A stretch of 64,000 bases of DNA from an uncultured Candidatus Saccharibacteria bacterium (GTDB lineage: Bacteria > Patescibacteriota > CALEFQ01): NCBI GenBank assembly GCA_965230955.1, contig OZ246404.1, forward strand, positions 161,184 to 225,183. Direction: 5' to 3'. A model generated the notes under the pieces. It was not told the origin of the DNA. It saw only the letters and a list, made by a program, of their open reading frames with translations, and made no database searches. This document shows, one piece after another, positions 19,379 to 29,243 of this stretch (position 1 is the stretch's first letter; every line of letters starts with the position of its first letter). A program made the translations under genes and the position numbers.

Positions 19379-19418
19379 CGCCCGGCCATGCGTCCGGGCG
19401 CCGGGTCGAATGACCCGG
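19379..19418 (-). repeat. 40-nt GC-rich hairpin element (copy 2). It follows a partial duplicate of the tRNA-Ser(GCT) 3' end.
   Basis: CCGGGTCATTCGACCCGGCGCCCGGACGCATGGCCGGGCG on the minus strand. It is flanked by GATTATTTTGGTTCG and AATCCTCTACTCTCCGCCAT. Confidence 0.7.
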
Positions 19419-19433
19419 CGAACCAAAATAATC

Positions 19434-19526
19434 TGGCGGAGAGTAGAGGATTCGAACCTCTGCGGGGCTTTTGAGGTCCCCAACGGTTTAGCAAACCGTC
19501 GCCTTAAGCCACTCGGCCAACTCTCC
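19434..19526 (-). tRNA. tRNA-Ser(GCT)
   Basis: Acceptor GGAGAGT/ACTCTCC, anticodon stem ACGGT/ACCGT with loop TTGCTAA, a long variable arm, T-arm AGAGG-TTCGAAT-CCTCT, and a 3' GCCA. Confidence 0.9.
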
Positions 19527-19533
19527 ATGTCGA

Positions 19534-19800
19534 TTATGCATTTAAATTGAGTTCCTTCAAAATGTCTCGAATTTGCTGTCTAAGTAATCGTCTTCCTTCG
19601 GTGGTTTTTAGGAACATCTCTCGACGAGAAGCATCGCTTTTCTTTAGATAGGATTCCTCGTGAATTAGTTTGACAGGACGATGGTTTTTGGTTGAGGAAA
19701 CTTGTCCGTGCTGGTGCTCGGCAATTCTTCTTCGCAGATCATTGGTACTGCCTTTATAAAGACTATGATTACTTAATAAAAGAACATAGACGTGGAACAT
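19534..19800 (-). CDS. GIY-YIG nuclease family protein (88 aa)
   Basis: AAGGAGGG RBS. N-terminal VYVLLLSNHSLYKGSTNDLRRRIAEHQHG matches the GIY...YIG motif spacing of small standalone GIY-YIG proteins. Confidence 0.75.
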   Translation of the reverse strand: MFHVYVLLLSNHSLYKGSTNDLRRRIAEHQHGQVSSTKNHRPVKLIHEESYLKKSDASRREMFLKTTEGRRLLRQQIRDILKELNLNA

Positions 19801-19828
19801 GACGATCCCTCCTTGTTTTTAGTGGATT

Positions 19829-19868
19829 CGCCCGGTTATTCGACCGGGCGCCGGATCGGATGATCCGG
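19829..19868 (-). repeat. 40-nt GC-rich hairpin element (copy 3). It interrupts the T-loop of a tRNA-Ser(GCT) pseudogene.
   Basis: CCGGATCATCCGATCCGGCGCCCGGTCGAATAACCGGGCG sits directly after GGTTCG of the tRNA fragment and before AATCCAC. Confidence 0.7.
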
Positions 19869-19942
19869 CGAACCTCTGCGGGGCTTTTGATGTCCCCAAT
19901 GGTTTAGCAAACCGTCGCCTTAAGCCACTCGGCCAACTCTCC
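19869..19942 (-). pseudogene. tRNA-Ser(GCT) 5' fragment (about 95% identical to positions 1 to about 67 of the intact gene). It is truncated in the T-loop by the hairpin element.
   Basis: GGAGAGTTGGCCGAGTGGCTTAAGGCGACGGTTTGCTAAACCATTGGGGACATCAAAAGCCCCGCAGAGGTTCG, with no 3' acceptor strand. A further decayed 5' fragment carrying an internal insertion lies at about 20030..20096. Confidence 0.7.
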
Positions 19943-20160
19943 GTAGGAAATATAGTTTCGAAATGTGCTCAGTAAGATTTGTGCGAATGTTGTTGAGCCA
20001 TCCACCGCTACGTTTCGCGTCTGGCGGGAAGCCACTCGGCCTGCCCTCCCGTAGCCCGAGACATCGAGGGCGAAGGAGGGCCAACTCTCCGTGATTAGTC
20101 TTTGGTCGTTAGTCCTTGGCCTTCTGCCAACAGAAGAACAACAAGATTGTAACTATTTGT

Positions 20161-20297
20161 AAGTCAAAAGTCAAAGGTCAAAAGTCGAAAATATCCTAGC
20201 CCGGCTTTCTACCGGCTGATCACGCCCCACCGAAAGCGAGACTTCTTTATAGCCTTGATCGAGTAAAGCTGTCTTCTGACCTTTGACTTTTGACTTA
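20161..20297. repeat. Period-7/8 repeat hairpin, GTCAAAAG family. Its arms are separated by about 80 nt.
   Basis: AAGTCAAAAGTCAAAGGTCAAAAGTCG ... CTTCTGACCTTTGACTTTTGACTT. A GTCTTTGG-type unit sits just upstream (20098..20125). Confidence 0.7.
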
Positions 20298-20963
20298 TTT
20301 CGCACTATGCGCTACCACGATGGCATTAATGCTTTGGGGTTGGCCGTGAGCGAGAGCTTGGGCGCATTCTTGCAAAGTCGCGCCGGTAGTCAGCACGTCG
20401 TCAACCAAGAAAATAGTCTTTCCCTTGATAAGTCCCGGATCAATTAGCTTGAAAGCATCTTTTATATTCTGCTGACGCGCGGCGCGCCGGAGCGACATTT
20501 GTGGTTTGGTGTGCTGAATTCTGGCCAAAGCATTTATTACCATGGGAAATTTATAATGCCGTGCCAGTGCTTGTGCCATTAATTCCGACTGATTGAATCC
20601 TCGTTCTTTCTGGCGGGAGCGATGGAGCGGAACCGGGACAAAAATTGATTCCGGTGGAAACTCTCGCGTTTCCATTCGGGCGATAATTAATTCCGATAAA
20701 CGCCCGGCTAAATCCCGGACCATTTTGTATTTCATGGTATGGATGCTTTTGGCAATCAGCGGATCCAGGTAATCCGCCGCCACGAAAATATCCGTACAGC
20801 CTTTGATTTTTAGCGCGCTCGCTTTTCCGGGCGGAAATGGCGCTATCGTTCGGAGGCAGGCCTGGCAAATCCAGGCGCCTTCTTTTTTGCATCGCAGGCA
20901 CTCGATCGGAAAGAGCAGGTCGAGCAGAAAGCGATAAATCTCAACTAAAAATTTTGGTAACAT
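20295..20963 (-). CDS. comFC: ComF-family protein (phosphoribosyltransferase domain, competence ComFC-like)
   Basis: N-terminal CxxC...CxxC zinc finger, a PRTase fold, and a C-terminal LVDDVLTTGAT motif. Confidence 0.8.
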   Translation of the reverse strand: MLPKFLVEIYRFLLDLLFPIECLRCKKEGAWICQACLRTIAPFPPGKASALKIKGCTDIFVAADYLDPLIAKSIHTMKYKMVRDLAGRLSELIIARMETREFPPESIFVPVPLHRSRQKERGFNQSELMAQALARHYKFPMVINALARIQHTKPQMSLRRAARQQNIKDAFKLIDPGLIKGKTIFLVDDVLTTGATLQECAQALAHGQPQSINAIVVAHSAK

Positions 20964-20974
20964 AAAACCCTCCT

Positions 20975-21011
20975 AAAAATAAGTCAAAAGTCAAAGGTCA
21001 AAAGTCAAAAG
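20975..21011. repeat. GTCAAAAG-family direct-repeat arm. Nested GC hairpins follow it and likely form the clpC terminator.
   Basis: AAGTCAAAAGTCAAAGGTCAAAAGTCAAAAG, then GCCCCGCTTCGCGGGGC and CCGCCGTATCGGCGG. Confidence 0.6.
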
Positions 21012-21098
21012 TTGAGCCCCGCTTCGCGGGGCGAAACCCCGTACCCGAGTCCGCCGTATCGGCGGGCGAGTGGTATGGGGTCAAAAGTGGCGACAGAA

Positions 21099-23726
21099 TC
21101 ACTTTTCTATTTTTACCGCAATCTTGTCATTTTCTTTGACCAGTGTGACTTTGTGGCCGCGGGTGATTTCGCCGGCGAGCAATTTCTCGGCCAGTAAATC
21201 TTCGATTTGTTCCTGGATGGTGCGTCGGATCGGTCGCGCCCCGCGTTTGGGATCAAATCCGATATTGGCGATATGCTGGATCATCGATTGATGCAATTTG
21301 AGCTCGACTTCTTTTTCTTTTTGCAGGCGATCTTGGAGCTGGCTGAATTGCAGGCGCACGATTCGGCGGACAGCATCTCTTGTTAACGGTTTAAAAACCA
21401 GGGTCTTGTCGATTCGATTGAGCAATTCCGGTCGTAACTGTTTTTCCAGTTCGCGTTTGACGTCGCTTTCCAGCGCCTGAAATTCTTCCGGACTGACTTC
21501 TTGTCCCTGCTCTTCTTTTTGGAACCCGATGACGGCGGCATCGGTAAATTCCCGAGTGCCGATATTTGAAGTCATGATTACGATCGTGTTTTTGAAATTT
21601 ACTTTGCGTCCTTTGTTGTCGGTCAGAACGCCGTCTTCCAAAATTTGCAATAAAATATTGAAAATGTCGGGGTGGGCTTTTTCGATCTCGTCAAAGAGTA
21701 CGACCGAGTAAGGCTTGCGCCGGACTTCTTCGGTCAGTTTCCCGCCCTCATCGTAGCCGACATAGCCCGCGGCCGCGCCGACGAGCCGCGAAACGTTGAA
21801 TTTTTCCATAAATTCAGACATGTCGATCTTGATCAGCGCGTCTTCGTTGTTGTAAACCTCGCGGGCGATTACTTTAGCCAGCTCGGTTTTGCCGACGCCG
21901 GAAGGCCCCAAGAAAATGAAAGAGCCCAGTGGCCGGCGGGGATCGCCGATGCCGGCGCGGGCGCGCTTGATAGCGCGGGAAATCTCTCGGGTCGCTTCGT
22001 CTTGGCCGATGACTCTCGTGTTGAGCCGCTTTTCCAGGTCGAGCAGGTTTTTCTGGTTTTCTTCTTCCAGTTCGGCCAGGGGGATTCGCGTCATCGCCTG
22101 GATGACTCGGGCGATATCCAGTGCGGTTATTTTTCCTTGCGGAGTGGCGGTGAATTTTGCCTGCTTCTTTCGCAATTCAGACAATTTTTTATTGGTTTCC
22201 TTTTCGGCCGCCCGAAGGCTGTATGCCGCCTGAAAATTTTGTTGTCCGACGGCGGCTTGCTTGTCTTTGTTTATTTTGACCAGTTGGTCTTGTAATTTTT
22301 TGACTTCCTTCAAAATAGGGGAGGCGGGCAGGTCGATCTTGAGGTGCGAAGCCGCTTCGTCGATCAAGTCCAGGGCTTTGTCCGGCAGAAAACGATCGGG
22401 CAGATAGCGCTCGCTCAGTTTGACGGCGGCCGCGATGGCTTCGGGCGTGATCTCGATTCGATGAAAAGATTCGTAATTCCGGCGCACTCCTTCCAGTATT
22501 TTTTTCGTTTCCTCGGCCGAAGATTCTTCGACCAAAACAGGCTGGAAGCGCCGCTCCAGCGCGGAATCTTTTTCGATGTTTTTGCGGTATTCTTCCAGTG
22601 TGGTGGCGCCGATAACTTTAAACTCCCCGCGCGCCAGCGCCGGTTTGATGATATTGGCGGCGTCCATCGTACCGGCTCCGGCGGTTCCGGCTCCGACGAT
22701 GGTATGGATCTCGTCGATAAATAAAATTATGTTCGGGTCGCGGCAAACTTCCTCGATCACTTGTTTTAGCCGTCCCTCGAATTCGCCGCGGTAAACAGTC
22801 CCGGCGATCAGTAACGGCAGGTCGAGCGTCACTATTCGCTTGTTTTTAAGATAATCGGGGACGTCGTCTTGGGCTATTTTTTTGGCCAGGCCTTCGACAA
22901 TAGCGGTTTTGCCGACACCGGCTTCGCCGATCAGCACCGGATTGTTTTTGGATCGGCGGCCGAGAATGTTGATGATGCGCCTGATTTCCTTGGTCCGGCC
23001 GATTACCGGGTCAACCTTTTTCTGATAGTTGGCGGCGGTCAGGTCTTTTCCGAAGGATTCTAATAATGATTTTTTTTCTTTGGCGTTCATATCCAGCGGG
23101 GCGCCCATCATCGGCATTCCGCCGGGAGCGGGCGGCATCATCTGGTCGTCCATTATTTCTCCGTCGCCCATTTGATTCAGCATTTTAAAAACGTCAGTCA
23201 GAGAAGGAAATTTGGCCGTGCTTTTGAAAACATTGGTCAGTTGCTGCTTGAGGCGGTCGGTGCCGACTTTGGCCTGCTTGAGCAAGCGCTCGGCGCGGGA
23301 GTCTTTGACGGTCAGGATCCCGTAGAGCAGATGTTCGGTGCCGATATATTTGTGTTTGAATTGATAGGCCAGCTGGACCGCGGCTTCCAACGCGCTTTTG
23401 GCTTCCTCGGACAAATTTTTGAAGTCGAAATCCTTAGGTTTGGTCGCCACCCCGCCTTTTTTCACTGGCGGCAGGGGAACATCGCCGCGCGCGGGGTCTT
23501 TTTTCGGCATCAGAAAATTGGCCGCGATTTCTGGGGTGAATTTGAAGCCCATTAAGACTTCCCGGGCAATTCCGCCTTCCTCTTTGGCCAGGCCGTAGAG
23601 GAGATGGGCGGTATCAATAAAATGGTCGCCGGAACGATCGGTGATGTGCTGGGCGCTGGTCAGTACGTGTTTGAGCCGGGTGGAAAATTTATCGCCAATC
23701 GGCTGGGTGGATTGTTTGTTTTTCAT
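21099..23726 (-). CDS. clpC: Class I Clp/Hsp100 AAA+ chaperone (ClpC-like)
   Basis: Clp_N repeats and two AAA+ modules ([31 protein letters not shown]). An IGF-like loop (AVIGFQ) suggests ClpP docking. Confidence 0.85.
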   Translation of the reverse strand: MKNKQSTQPIGDKFSTRLKHVLTSAQHITDRSGDHFIDTAHLLYGLAKEEGGIAREVLMGFKFTPEIAANFLMPKKDPARGDVPLPPVKKGGVATKPKDFDFKNLSEEAKSALEAAVQLAYQFKHKYIGTEHLLYGILTVKDSRAERLLKQAKVGTDRLKQQLTNVFKSTAKFPSLTDVFKMLNQMGDGEIMDDQMMPPAPGGMPMMGAPLDMNAKEKKSLLESFGKDLTAANYQKKVDPVIGRTKEIRRIINILGRRSKNNPVLIGEAGVGKTAIVEGLAKKIAQDDVPDYLKNKRIVTLDLPLLIAGTVYRGEFEGRLKQVIEEVCRDPNIILFIDEIHTIVGAGTAGAGTMDAANIIKPALARGEFKVIGATTLEEYRKNIEKDSALERRFQPVLVEESSAEETKKILEGVRRNYESFHRIEITPEAIAAAVKLSERYLPDRFLPDKALDLIDEAASHLKIDLPASPILKEVKKLQDQLVKINKDKQAAVGQQNFQAAYSLRAAEKETNKKLSELRKKQAKFTATPQGKITALDIARVIQAMTRIPLAELEEENQKNLLDLEKRLNTRVIGQDEATREISRAIKRARAGIGDPRRPLGSFIFLGPSGVGKTELAKVIAREVYNNEDALIKIDMSEFMEKFNVSRLVGAAAGYVGYDEGGKLTEEVRRKPYSVVLFDEIEKAHPDIFNILLQILEDGVLTDNKGRKVNFKNTIVIMTSNIGTREFTDAAVIGFQKEEQGQEVSPEEFQALESDVKRELEKQLRPELLNRIDKTLVFKPLTRDAVRRIVRLQFSQLQDRLQKEKEVELKLHQSMIQHIANIGFDPKRGARPIRRTIQEQIEDLLAEKLLAGEITRGHKVTLVKENDKIAVKIEK

Positions 23727-23882
23727 AGGTGATAGTTTTATACTTATTAGATAGTATAGAGTACAAAAGGGCGAGAGGCAAGGAGGAAGATAAATCCGAA
23801 ATCCGAAATTCGAAACAAATACAAAATTTCAAACCATAATATCAAAACTTTAATAATTTAGGGCTTCGGATTTAATAACTTT

Positions 23883-24371
23883 ATGGACGATCAATATAAA
23901 AAAGCTAAATTATCGGCTATCCGTTTCCTGGGATTCCGATCGCAGACGGTCGCGGAAATGCAACAGAAATTAACGCGCCAGGGTTTTGACCAGCGGACGG
24001 TCTTGCAAGTGGTCAATGAATTGCGCAATACCGGCTATCTCAATGACGAGCGCTTTACCCAGGAATTTATCCGCTACCAGCTGATGCGGAAGCCGACGGG
24101 GCGTTTTCTGATGACGGCCAAATTAAAAGAGCATGGCGTCAGTGAAGACGTGATTAATCGTATCATCGCCCGGGAATTATCCGAGGATAAAGAAAAAGAG
24201 CTGGCACTGGCGGTAGCCGAAGAAAAAAAGAAGGAATTGCGCATTAAATTAGCGAAGCTTTCTTCGTTGCAAAAACAAAAAATCGGGCAATACCTCAGTA
24301 GCCGTGGCTTTGCTTCGGACGTAGTTTGGGAAACGATTGACTTGCTCGATAAAGGAGGGAGGGAGTGGTAA
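23883..24371 (+). CDS. recX: Recombination regulator RecX
   Basis: Three-helix-repeat architecture. Motifs FLGFRSQTVAEMQQKL and LRNTGYLNDERF. Confidence 0.75.
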   Translation: MDDQYKKAKLSAIRFLGFRSQTVAEMQQKLTRQGFDQRTVLQVVNELRNTGYLNDERFTQEFIRYQLMRKPTGRFLMTAKLKEHGVSEDVINRIIARELSEDKEKELALAVAEEKKKELRIKLAKLSSLQKQKIGQYLSSRGFASDVVWETIDLLDKGGREW

Positions 24372-24377
24372 GAAATA

Positions 24378-24540
24378 ACAAATAACCAATCACAAATATC
24401 CAATAAAATCCAAACTTGCTTGCGCAAGCAAGCTCCAATTACAAATAATCGCTTAGATATTGTAAATTGAATTTTATTTGATATTTGTGATTGGTTATTT
24501 GTTATTACTTTTAGTGTATAACCCGATTGCGCTTGAGGGG
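24378..24540. repeat. Long palindrome of the AATAACAAATAACCAAT family
   Basis: AATAACAAATAACCAATCACAAATATC ... GATATTTGTGATTGGTTATTTGTTATT. Related copies lie at 63085..63225 and 63815..63935. Confidence 0.7.
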
Positions 24541-24602
24541 TAAAATATGTTAAAATAAATAGAGTTAAAAAGGTAAAAACACCCCAATATTTGGGGTAAG
24601 TT

Positions 24603-27600
24603 TTGGCTAAAATGCCCGTGCCTAAAAGCAATTGGCCCATCAAAAAGACTACCGTGGTCCTCATCGCGACGGTAGCTTTTATTATTTCGGCGGCGATTTT
24701 ACTGCCTAATCGGGAAATTATCCCGACTTATGCCGCCGGTGGCGAAATGTCAGTGACGCTGGAGGGTTACTGGTGGGCACCGAACGGCGGCTGGATTAAT
24801 TTACAATGGGATACTGTTGGAGAAAACGGTGTTCGGGTTGATAAAAGCTCTTTTACCGGCAAACCATTCTTTGATGGTTTTGCTTGGGGACCGAATATCG
24901 GCTGGATCAGTATGCGCGATACTTCCGGCGCCGGCCAATATGGGGTAGTAGTGCGTGAGCCGATAAATCCTACGCCGGCCGGTGGCGTCTGGCATGTCGA
25001 TAATTATGCCTGGGGTCCGAATATTGGCTGGTTGAATTTTGACGCTATTGATAGCGGAGCAAATTCGGCCCAACAGCCTCGGATAGTGATGGAAAATTTG
25101 GGAGTACCCGGATCGGAGGTCTCGGAAGACGCGCGCCTAAAAGGCTATGCCTGGTCGCCGAATATCGGATGGATCAAATTGGATTCCGATTTGCCGGGCT
25201 GGAAAGATACAAACGATCCGGTGCTGAAATATTTCGATGTTTTGCCGGAAGTCATGCCGCCTTTGCCTTCAGAAAAATACGCGTCCGGGGTTTATAAAGA
25301 CAGTTATGATTGCTGTGGCGGAACATTGAATACTTTCGCGGCCGGCCACATGGTGTGGGTGCGCCCGGCGGTGGAATTCAAAGCAACCATGCATAGCCAG
25401 GACAATCGTACGCGCTGGCACGATTTGAATATTTCCGCGGTGACTGCCAATCCCCAGACGATCCCGGAGCTCTATCTTTGGAAAGATCGTTTGCGTTTTC
25501 GGCCGGGACTAGAGCCGTCCTCGATTGGAAATGTGAACGCGTATGATGCCGCGCTGAATGAATTCTTGCCCAATCCCGATTTTGCCGCCGGATCTAATCC
25601 CAATGTGCCGATGACTGGGGGAGAGGTCAAGGTGCCGTCAGAAGAAGACATCAATGGCGACGGCAAAAACGAAATTATTTGGAAAAGCACTTCACATTTC
25701 TTGTCAGGCACGCCCGGAGCGAATAATTATGTTTTACGTGAATTCCGATACAATGTTCGCGATGCTGGTGGTAATTATGCTTGTCCCGACGCGGAGCCGG
25801 CGACCTTTGATTGGAGTACTGGACAGGGCTGTATTATTCCGAGTTTACCTTCGCCCTATAGCCCAATGACCGGGCGGGTGGGAGTGGCCGTGGATAAAAT
25901 CCAGCCGTCCGGATCGCTCTTTATCAATGATACCGAATTTACCGAATCAGAGACGGTCAAGGTCAGTGCCACGGCCAAAATAGATTTCAAGGTGGAATAT
26001 ATTGATACCGAATCTGGATCGTATCACGTGATTTTGGATTATCGGCGCAAAGCCGGTAATGCCTGGCCGCTGGTTTGGAGCGATCCGATCGGTGAGCGCC
26101 GCTGGAATCTAGGCCGGGAAGCTGTCACTTGGAATATTGATGGCAACATTGACCTGGGAGCGGAAACCGAAAAAGAAACTCCGCTAAATACCAGCGACTG
26201 GGCTGACGGGCAGGAATTCCAATTGCGTTTGCGAGTGATTGATAATGTTGGCAATGTACGAGAGCGAATTTTGCCGGCGGTGATCAATCGGACTCCGCCG
26301 ACGGGAGTATTCACCGCCGCTGATCCGATTGATCGCGATCCAAACCGGACGCGCTATGACGCGGTGGATTTGTATTTACCGCCCAGCGCGACCATTAAAA
26401 CTATGCAATTTGCGAATACCCCTGATGGTTTCGGAAGTGAATTTGAACCGTACCCTTGGTTGAACGGTGGCTGGAGGGAGGGTCACTGGTCGCTAGAAAT
26501 TGTCCAAGGGGAAGAAGTTACAGGTGGCCTGAAATCCATCTACGCCAATTTCTGCGACGGGACTATTCCCGAGGCGGTATGTACCCATGACCAAAATAAA
26601 GAAATAAAGGCTCAAATTGCCGCCCCGTGGTTTGAAGGAGCGCAGGGCGATGTTTATGCCGGGTCGGGGATCGGGACGCGCAGTGCCCAGTTCAACGGGA
26701 TCGCACCGTATTTGACTGTCGGCGTCCAGAAATATAACGCCACTTACCGGATCACGTCTGACGGTGAGATAAAACCTCAGATCACTTCGGAGCGCGGCTG
26801 GTCCGAAGGGGACTACCAAAATTTTGGTTATCCCGGGATAGGTGGCACCATCGCGCCGATCGATTTTGAATCCCTCCGGCTTCAGGCCGATATTCAGACG
26901 GATGATGAGATTGCTCAGGCGGGGGAATTAGATTTCACTCAGAGTACCAACGGAATAATTTTATTACAAAGCGGCTCGTCGAAATCGGATGCGTCTTTGG
27001 GAAGCAACGGGGACCGATTAATAGTCCGCGGAACCGGCACCTTGCTGGTGGATGGCAATCTGCGAATTTTAAAAGATTTATACTATGCCGATTCATTGGC
27101 GGATCAACCCACTCCGGAAATTGATTCCATGGCGGTTTTGACGCGCCGGAGTAGTGCGGATTCACGGGGCAATGTTTATGTCGGCGAAAATGTTCGCCAT
27201 ATGGTCGGCGCCTACATCGTCGGCTTAGGCAATTGTTTTCAGGCTAAATGTCCGAATGACTCGCTGGGAACCGGAGTTTTCCATTCTTCCGCCGATTTCT
27301 CCGCCGGTATCGGAACTGATCCGAATCTAAAAGCCTCGAAATACGAACTGGTGGTCGAAGGCATGGTGGCCGCGCGCGATTTTGATCTGGGGCGATATAG
27401 TACCGGCAATCAGAATTTCCTTACTAACGCCGATCTCGAACCGAGCGTCTCTGAAGTTCCCAAGAGTTGTTTGGTCGGTTGGACTTGTGACCCGGCTGAT
27501 CCTAATATATTTCAGGCCAGTGACAAAGATGTCGTATCGGGCAAGCAAAAACTGCAAATATCACTCAAACCGGGCCAAAAGGGTAATTTGTTGCAGTCTA

Positions 27601-28034
27601 ATATTTTTATTAACCTCCAGGGAGAATCAACTCTGAGCTTGTCGGGATATTTACGGTCGACGATTGCCGGTTTACCGGTGCCGCAAACCATTGATTTGGC
27701 GATTGGCGGGCAAACTTGTACGTTACAACCATCGGATATCGATTCTCAATGGCGGCGATTTCAGTGTTCGGTCAAGGTATTGGGCGAAGCCAAGAGTATT
27801 GATTTGCGGATAACGGCGATTAATTTTTTGAAGGAAGACGGTTTCACCCTGGACCTTGATGCCCTACAGTTGGAAGCCGGCAATGAAGCGACGGAGTGGC
27901 ACAATAAGTTTGAAGGCGATACCAATTATATGGCTTCGGAGCGTTTCTATTACGATGGCCGAGTGATCTTGAATACTCCACCGGGATTGGCGTCTTTGAC
28001 CAGTCCGGCCTGGGGAGAAACGATCGCCGATTAG
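24603..28034 (+). CDS. Giant secreted/membrane-anchored repeat protein (1143 aa) immediately upstream of the pilus operon
   Basis: N-terminal TM, then tandem WGPNIGWI-containing repeats (AWGPNIGWISM, AWGPNIGWLNF, AWSPNIGWIKLD), and a long beta-rich C-terminal region. Confidence 0.7.
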   Translation: MAKMPVPKSNWPIKKTTVVLIATVAFIISAAILLPNREIIPTYAAGGEMSVTLEGYWWAPNGGWINLQWDTVGENGVRVDKSSFTGKPFFDGFAWGPNIGWISMRDTSGAGQYGVVVREPINPTPAGGVWHVDNYAWGPNIGWLNFDAIDSGANSAQQPRIVMENLGVPGSEVSEDARLKGYAWSPNIGWIKLDSDLPGWKDTNDPVLKYFDVLPEVMPPLPSEKYASGVYKDSYDCCGGTLNTFAAGHMVWVRPAVEFKATMHSQDNRTRWHDLNISAVTANPQTIPELYLWKDRLRFRPGLEPSSIGNVNAYDAALNEFLPNPDFAAGSNPNVPMTGGEVKVPSEEDINGDGKNEIIWKSTSHFLSGTPGANNYVLREFRYNVRDAGGNYACPDAEPATFDWSTGQGCIIPSLPSPYSPMTGRVGVAVDKIQPSGSLFINDTEFTESETVKVSATAKIDFKVEYIDTESGSYHVILDYRRKAGNAWPLVWSDPIGERRWNLGREAVTWNIDGNIDLGAETEKETPLNTSDWADGQEFQLRLRVIDNVGNVRERILPAVINRTPPTGVFTAADPIDRDPNRTRYDAVDLYLPPSATIKTMQFANTPDGFGSEFEPYPWLNGGWREGHWSLEIVQGEEVTGGLKSIYANFCDGTIPEAVCTHDQNKEIKAQIAAPWFEGAQGDVYAGSGIGTRSAQFNGIAPYLTVGVQKYNATYRITSDGEIKPQITSERGWSEGDYQNFGYPGIGGTIAPIDFESLRLQADIQTDDEIAQAGELDFTQSTNGIILLQSGSSKSDASLGSNGDRLIVRGTGTLLVDGNLRILKDLYYADSLADQPTPEIDSMAVLTRRSSADSRGNVYVGENVRHMVGAYIVGLGNCFQAKCPNDSLGTGVFHSSADFSAGIGTDPNLKASKYELVVEGMVAARDFDLGRYSTGNQNFLTNADLEPSVSEVPKSCLVGWTCDPADPNIFQASDKDVVSGKQKLQISLKPGQKGNLLQSNIFINLQGESTLSLSGYLRSTIAGLPVPQTIDLAIGGQTCTLQPSDIDSQWRRFQCSVKVLGEAKSIDLRITAINFLKEDGFTLDLDALQLEAGNEATEWHNKFEGDTNYMASERFYYDGRVILNTPPGLASLTSPAWGETIAD

Positions 28035-28084
28035 CTTTCGCGCGCCAGTCGAGTGTGGTATAATAACAAGCACTAATTTAGTTT

Positions 28085-29158
28085 TTGAATCGGGTGATTA
28101 TGTCTTGGTTCCAAACAAACAATTGCGTTGGAGTGGATGTTGGCACCGCCAGTGTCAAAGTTGTTGAATTGGAGCGGGGAGCGAATGGTCCGCGTCTGGC
28201 GACCTACGGTTTGATTGAATTGGAGAGCGATCTCGTCAGCAACAACTCGGCTGATATGCAACAGGTCGTTTCCCGGGCGATCACCGAAATTTCCAAACAA
28301 GCGCAAGTCCAATCAAAGCGGGCGGTTTCTTCTCTGCCCGGCTTTTCTGTTTTTACCTCTTTGATTGATCTGCCGAAAATGAATGACAAAGAGCTGTCTC
28401 AGGCCATCAAATACGAAGCCAAACGATACGTACCTATCTCGCTCGATAATATGGTTCTGGATTGGAAAGTGGTCAATGTTCGCGATGTTTCGACCAAAGA
28501 AGGTCTGGGCTCGACCAGCATGCAGGTTCTGCTCACCGCGGCGCCGAAAGCGCTGGTTGATCGCTATGTCGGAATTTTCCGCGGAACGGAGCTGAAATTA
28601 GTCGGACTGGAAACCGAAGCTTTTGCCCTGACGCGCTCGCTGGTGGGCAATGACCGCGCGCCAATTTTAGTGCTTGATATCGGCGCTTCCGCGACGGATG
28701 TGATCGTGGTGGCCAACGGGTTCCCGATTCTGAATCGGACGCTCGAAGTTGGCGGCCAAGTGCTGACCGAAACCATCGCCCAAAGCTTGAATGTCAGCCT
28801 GGGACGAGCGGAACAATTCAAGCGCGATTTGGGCGTGCGCCAGCACGGCCAAGCGATGCCGCCGGCGATCCAATCGGTGCTCAATCGTATTGTCAGCGAA
28901 GTGCAAAATACCCTGAAGCTTTATTACGCCAAGCAACAGCAAAAAATAGTGAAAATTGTTCTGACCGGGGGAGCGGCTCAGCTCGGCGGTTTATCAAATT
29001 ACCTGGAAAGTGAAATTAATATCAAAACTTTCATGGGTAATCCCTGGGCGAGAATTTCCTATCCGCAAAATCTGGCGGCCACGCTCCAGGAAATCGGGCC
29101 GAATTTCGCCGTTGCTATCGGTTTGGCGATGAGGGAGATGGTGGGGGCGCCTAAATAG
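28085..29158 (+). CDS. pilM: Type IV pilus assembly protein PilM (actin-like ATPase)
   Basis: GVDVGTASVKVVELE start and the architecture of the PilM/FtsA-like family. Confidence 0.85.
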   Translation: MNRVIMSWFQTNNCVGVDVGTASVKVVELERGANGPRLATYGLIELESDLVSNNSADMQQVVSRAITEISKQAQVQSKRAVSSLPGFSVFTSLIDLPKMNDKELSQAIKYEAKRYVPISLDNMVLDWKVVNVRDVSTKEGLGSTSMQVLLTAAPKALVDRYVGIFRGTELKLVGLETEAFALTRSLVGNDRAPILVLDIGASATDVIVVANGFPILNRTLEVGGQVLTETIAQSLNVSLGRAEQFKRDLGVRQHGQAMPPAIQSVLNRIVSEVQNTLKLYYAKQQQKIVKIVLTGGAAQLGGLSNYLESEINIKTFMGNPWARISYPQNLAATLQEIGPNFAVAIGLAMREMVGAPK

Positions 29159-29163
29159 TCTAC

Positions 29164-29243
29164 AGTCTTTGGTCTTTGGTCTTTAGTCTTTAGAAGTAGG
29201 GGATTCTAAAGGCTGGTGACTAATAACTAATAACTAATTTATG
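29164..29243. repeat. GTCTTTGG-family period-7 repeat. The partner arm is degenerate and TAATAAC-rich.
   Basis: GTCTTTGGTCTTTGGTCTTTAGTCTTTAG ... CTAAAGG ... TAATAACTAATAACTAA, between pilM and pilN. Confidence 0.6.

Noticed and set aside
19060-19550. Short ORFs of 62 to 66 aa overlapping the tRNA-Ser genes and hairpin elements
   Set aside because: They overlap tRNA genes and GC-rich hairpin repeats. The R/G-rich translations are typical of structured RNA or DNA read as protein.
21672-23598. Several plus-strand ORFs of 60 to 207 aa antisense to clpC
   Set aside because: They lie entirely inside a well-supported minus-strand AAA+ chaperone gene. They have no RBS and low-complexity G/R/F-rich composition typical of antisense frames of GC-rich coding DNA.
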